Of a stretch of DNA of 64,000 bases, positions 62,286 through 64,000 are shown piece after piece (the stretch's first letter is position 1; each line of letters starts with the position of its first letter). The notes beneath the pieces were generated by a model that was not told the origin of the DNA, made no database searches, and saw only the letters and a list, made by a program, of their open reading frames with translations. The DNA is from Albugo candida (lineage: Eukaryota). The stretch covers positions 1 to 64,000 of the forward strand of contig JBDOQK010000074.1 in assembly GCA_040437565.1 (NCBI GenBank), read 5' to 3'. The position numbers and the translations under genes were made by a program.

Positions 62286-64000
62286 CTAGTACACCAACGC
62301 TTGGGTTGAGAAATCAGGGATGACCGGTACAGCTTGCACAAGATGCGATAGAGAGGGGAATGCAATTTCCAATTGCGCTGGAAGCGAAGCATTCACAAAA
62401 TCAACCTGATCTTCTGCTGCTACTCGCAAGATAATCTCGAGCAACTCTTTGAGTCGCCACATAAACCAAATGGAACTCAAGACAATTCGTAGCCAATGCG
62501 ATCGGTTCTCAGGTTTGGTAACTACGCTCGAGCATTCTCGCTGCAAAACGGCGTGGTCTGCCAAGTGTAAGGCCGTTAAACCAAATGCATGGAGCCACAA
62601 AACGGCGCTGTTACGAAAAATGCATGTCAACTGCTCTTGTTCTTTTGAAAATTGGAGTAGGAAGAAGAAGAAAACAGCTTGTAGTGTTCTTTTCGAGCCA
62701 TCCTTCTTGTCTTGCATCTCGTACAATTGTAGAAATCTCTTAGTCCCCTCGGCTGAATGAGAGAGCGATTTGATCATAATGTGCATGATAACCCGCTGAT
62801 ACATAAACTCGAGCCAATTTTGGTTGACATAGTTGGAGTCACCGAGTCTGTGCACAGAATCCACCCATTCTGCATTCAATTTAACGAGATCCTCACCGGA
62901 TATGAAGCTACAGTTCTCAGTGTTTCTCACCAAAATATTAGCTGACCAGATATATTCCACAAAGCGGTCGATTATGCTTTCGTCAGTACGCGTGCTCACG
63001 TCTCGTACATCTTTTGCTTCCATTGTTGCATAAAGTGACCAATACAGCACGCGCAGCTTGCAAACAGTGTTCAAATTAGAAGGAGCCGCATTCAGCAGAG
63101 ATTCCTCGAATAGCACCGCATCATTATGCACCCACTTTGTGTATTGATCTGACTTCATTTGTGCCATTTCGAAGCAATCAATGACACCCCGAACGAGATG
63201 AAAATACTGCTGCATTAAGATATCATCTGGAATCAAGTGATTCCTGGACCATTGCACATATAGTACCGGCGGATAGACTGCATGGTAGTCATTCTGACTG
63301 CGACAAATGACGTGATGCAAGTCCATAAGTGTTTCCAACCAATGCAATGACCAAGGAGGCCTCCCGAGCCAATCTATGATGTCAGAATCACTGCGAGTAC
63401 GTCCGCCAAACCAGTTTTGTAATAACGCAGCCATTTTCACGTCGCACGATAGCAGCAATTTTGGGAATAAGATTTTCAACACACTAAAACCACAATCAAG
63501 GCTCCTGCGTCGCCTTGATTCAGTTGATAACATCGGGGTACTTGTCGCTCGTGTGATTTGATCCAGTGCTTCTTTGAGACAAAAAAAAATGAAATCGTTC
63601 GCATCCGCTCTTTCACCACACAAAAACGAGGAGCAAAGCTGAAAAAACTGGCTACAGAGCAATAACATATGCGATATCTTCGTGTCTAATTCCATGATCT
63701 GGGCATTGGGATATTGCACGCAGCTCTTTTTGAAAAGCTCGGTCAATAAATCGCTCCAAAGTATTGTTTTACTCATAGTTTCATTGAAAATTCCATTCTG
63801 TATCCAATCCAACTCATCCTGTAAAATACTCGAATCAAACTTGAAATAATCTTTGAAAACGCTCAAGCCATAATCAAAATCAAAGCATAGCAAATTCCAA
63901 ACTTCATCCTTTCTTTGTGGCCGAATCGCTTTTGCAATGCAAATGTTAAAATCTTTTTGGCGCTCGAAATCTCTGTACAGCACCAGGAAAGAAATAAGTT
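62286..64000 (-). CDS. Uncharacterised protein, 3' part (5' end outside the window)
   Basis: 565-codon open frame reaching almost to the window edge; helical composition, no recognised motif. Confidence 0.75.
   Translation of the reverse strand, partial: LISFLVLYRDFERQKDFNICIAKAIRPQRKDEVWNLLCFDFDYGLSVFKDYFKFDSSILQDELDWIQNGIFNETMSKTILWSDLLTELFKKSCVQYPNAQIMELDTKISHMLLLCSQFFQLCSSFLCGERADANDFIFFCLKEALDQITRATSTPMLSTESRRRRSLDCGFSVLKILFPKLLLSCDVKMAALLQNWFGGRTRSDSDIIDWLGRPPWSLHWLETLMDLHHVICRSQNDYHAVYPPVLYVQWSRNHLIPDDILMQQYFHLVRGVIDCFEMAQMKSDQYTKWVHNDAVLFEESLLNAAPSNLNTVCKLRVLYWSLYATMEAKDVRDVSTRTDESIIDRFVEYIWSANILVRNTENCSFISGEDLVKLNAEWVDSVHRLGDSNYVNQNWLEFMYQRVIMHIMIKSLSHSAEGTKRFLQLYEMQDKKDGSKRTLQAVFFFFLLQFSKEQEQLTCIFRNSAVLWLHAFGLTALHLADHAVLQRECSSVVTKPENRSHWLRIVLSSIWFMWRLKELLEIILRVAAEDQVDFVNASLPAQLEIAFPSLSHLVQAVPVIPDFSTQALVY

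Noticed and set aside
1-64000. CRISPR arrays, rRNA/tRNA genes, prokaryotic operons or defence systems
   Set aside because: None seen; the window is intron-containing eukaryotic DNA.

Overview
Eukaryotic, oomycete-like DNA (short ~50-60 nt introns, oomycete-type retroelements and kinases; Albugo-like by inference) from a draft scaffold with many 100-N gaps whose flanks are often duplicated (assembly overlaps). The first ~22 kb is a nest of decayed transposons: a MULE, a Ty1/copia fragment, a chromodomain-bearing Ty3/gypsy element, a second gypsy-like element inserted into its RNase H region, and a hAT element with TIRs and an 8-bp TSD. From ~24 kb come host genes: two orphan secreted proteins, a DnaJB-type chaperone, a PLK4-like kinase, a CAMK-type kinase plus its pseudogene, a GH3 glycosidase, a multi-PH/PDZ protein, a GRIP golgin, an organellar-type MetRS, a tandem-PH protein and a partial unknown gene. 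The most unusual object is the nested gypsy-like element (7298-13308, minus strand). It encodes gag-protease-RT-RNase H-DDE integrase but is bounded by ~240-bp imperfect INVERTED repeats instead of direct LTRs. A 19-bp exact direct repeat is embedded in both arms, and a perfect 16-bp fold-back hairpin sits at its 3' end. All alignments were done by eye, with no database searches.
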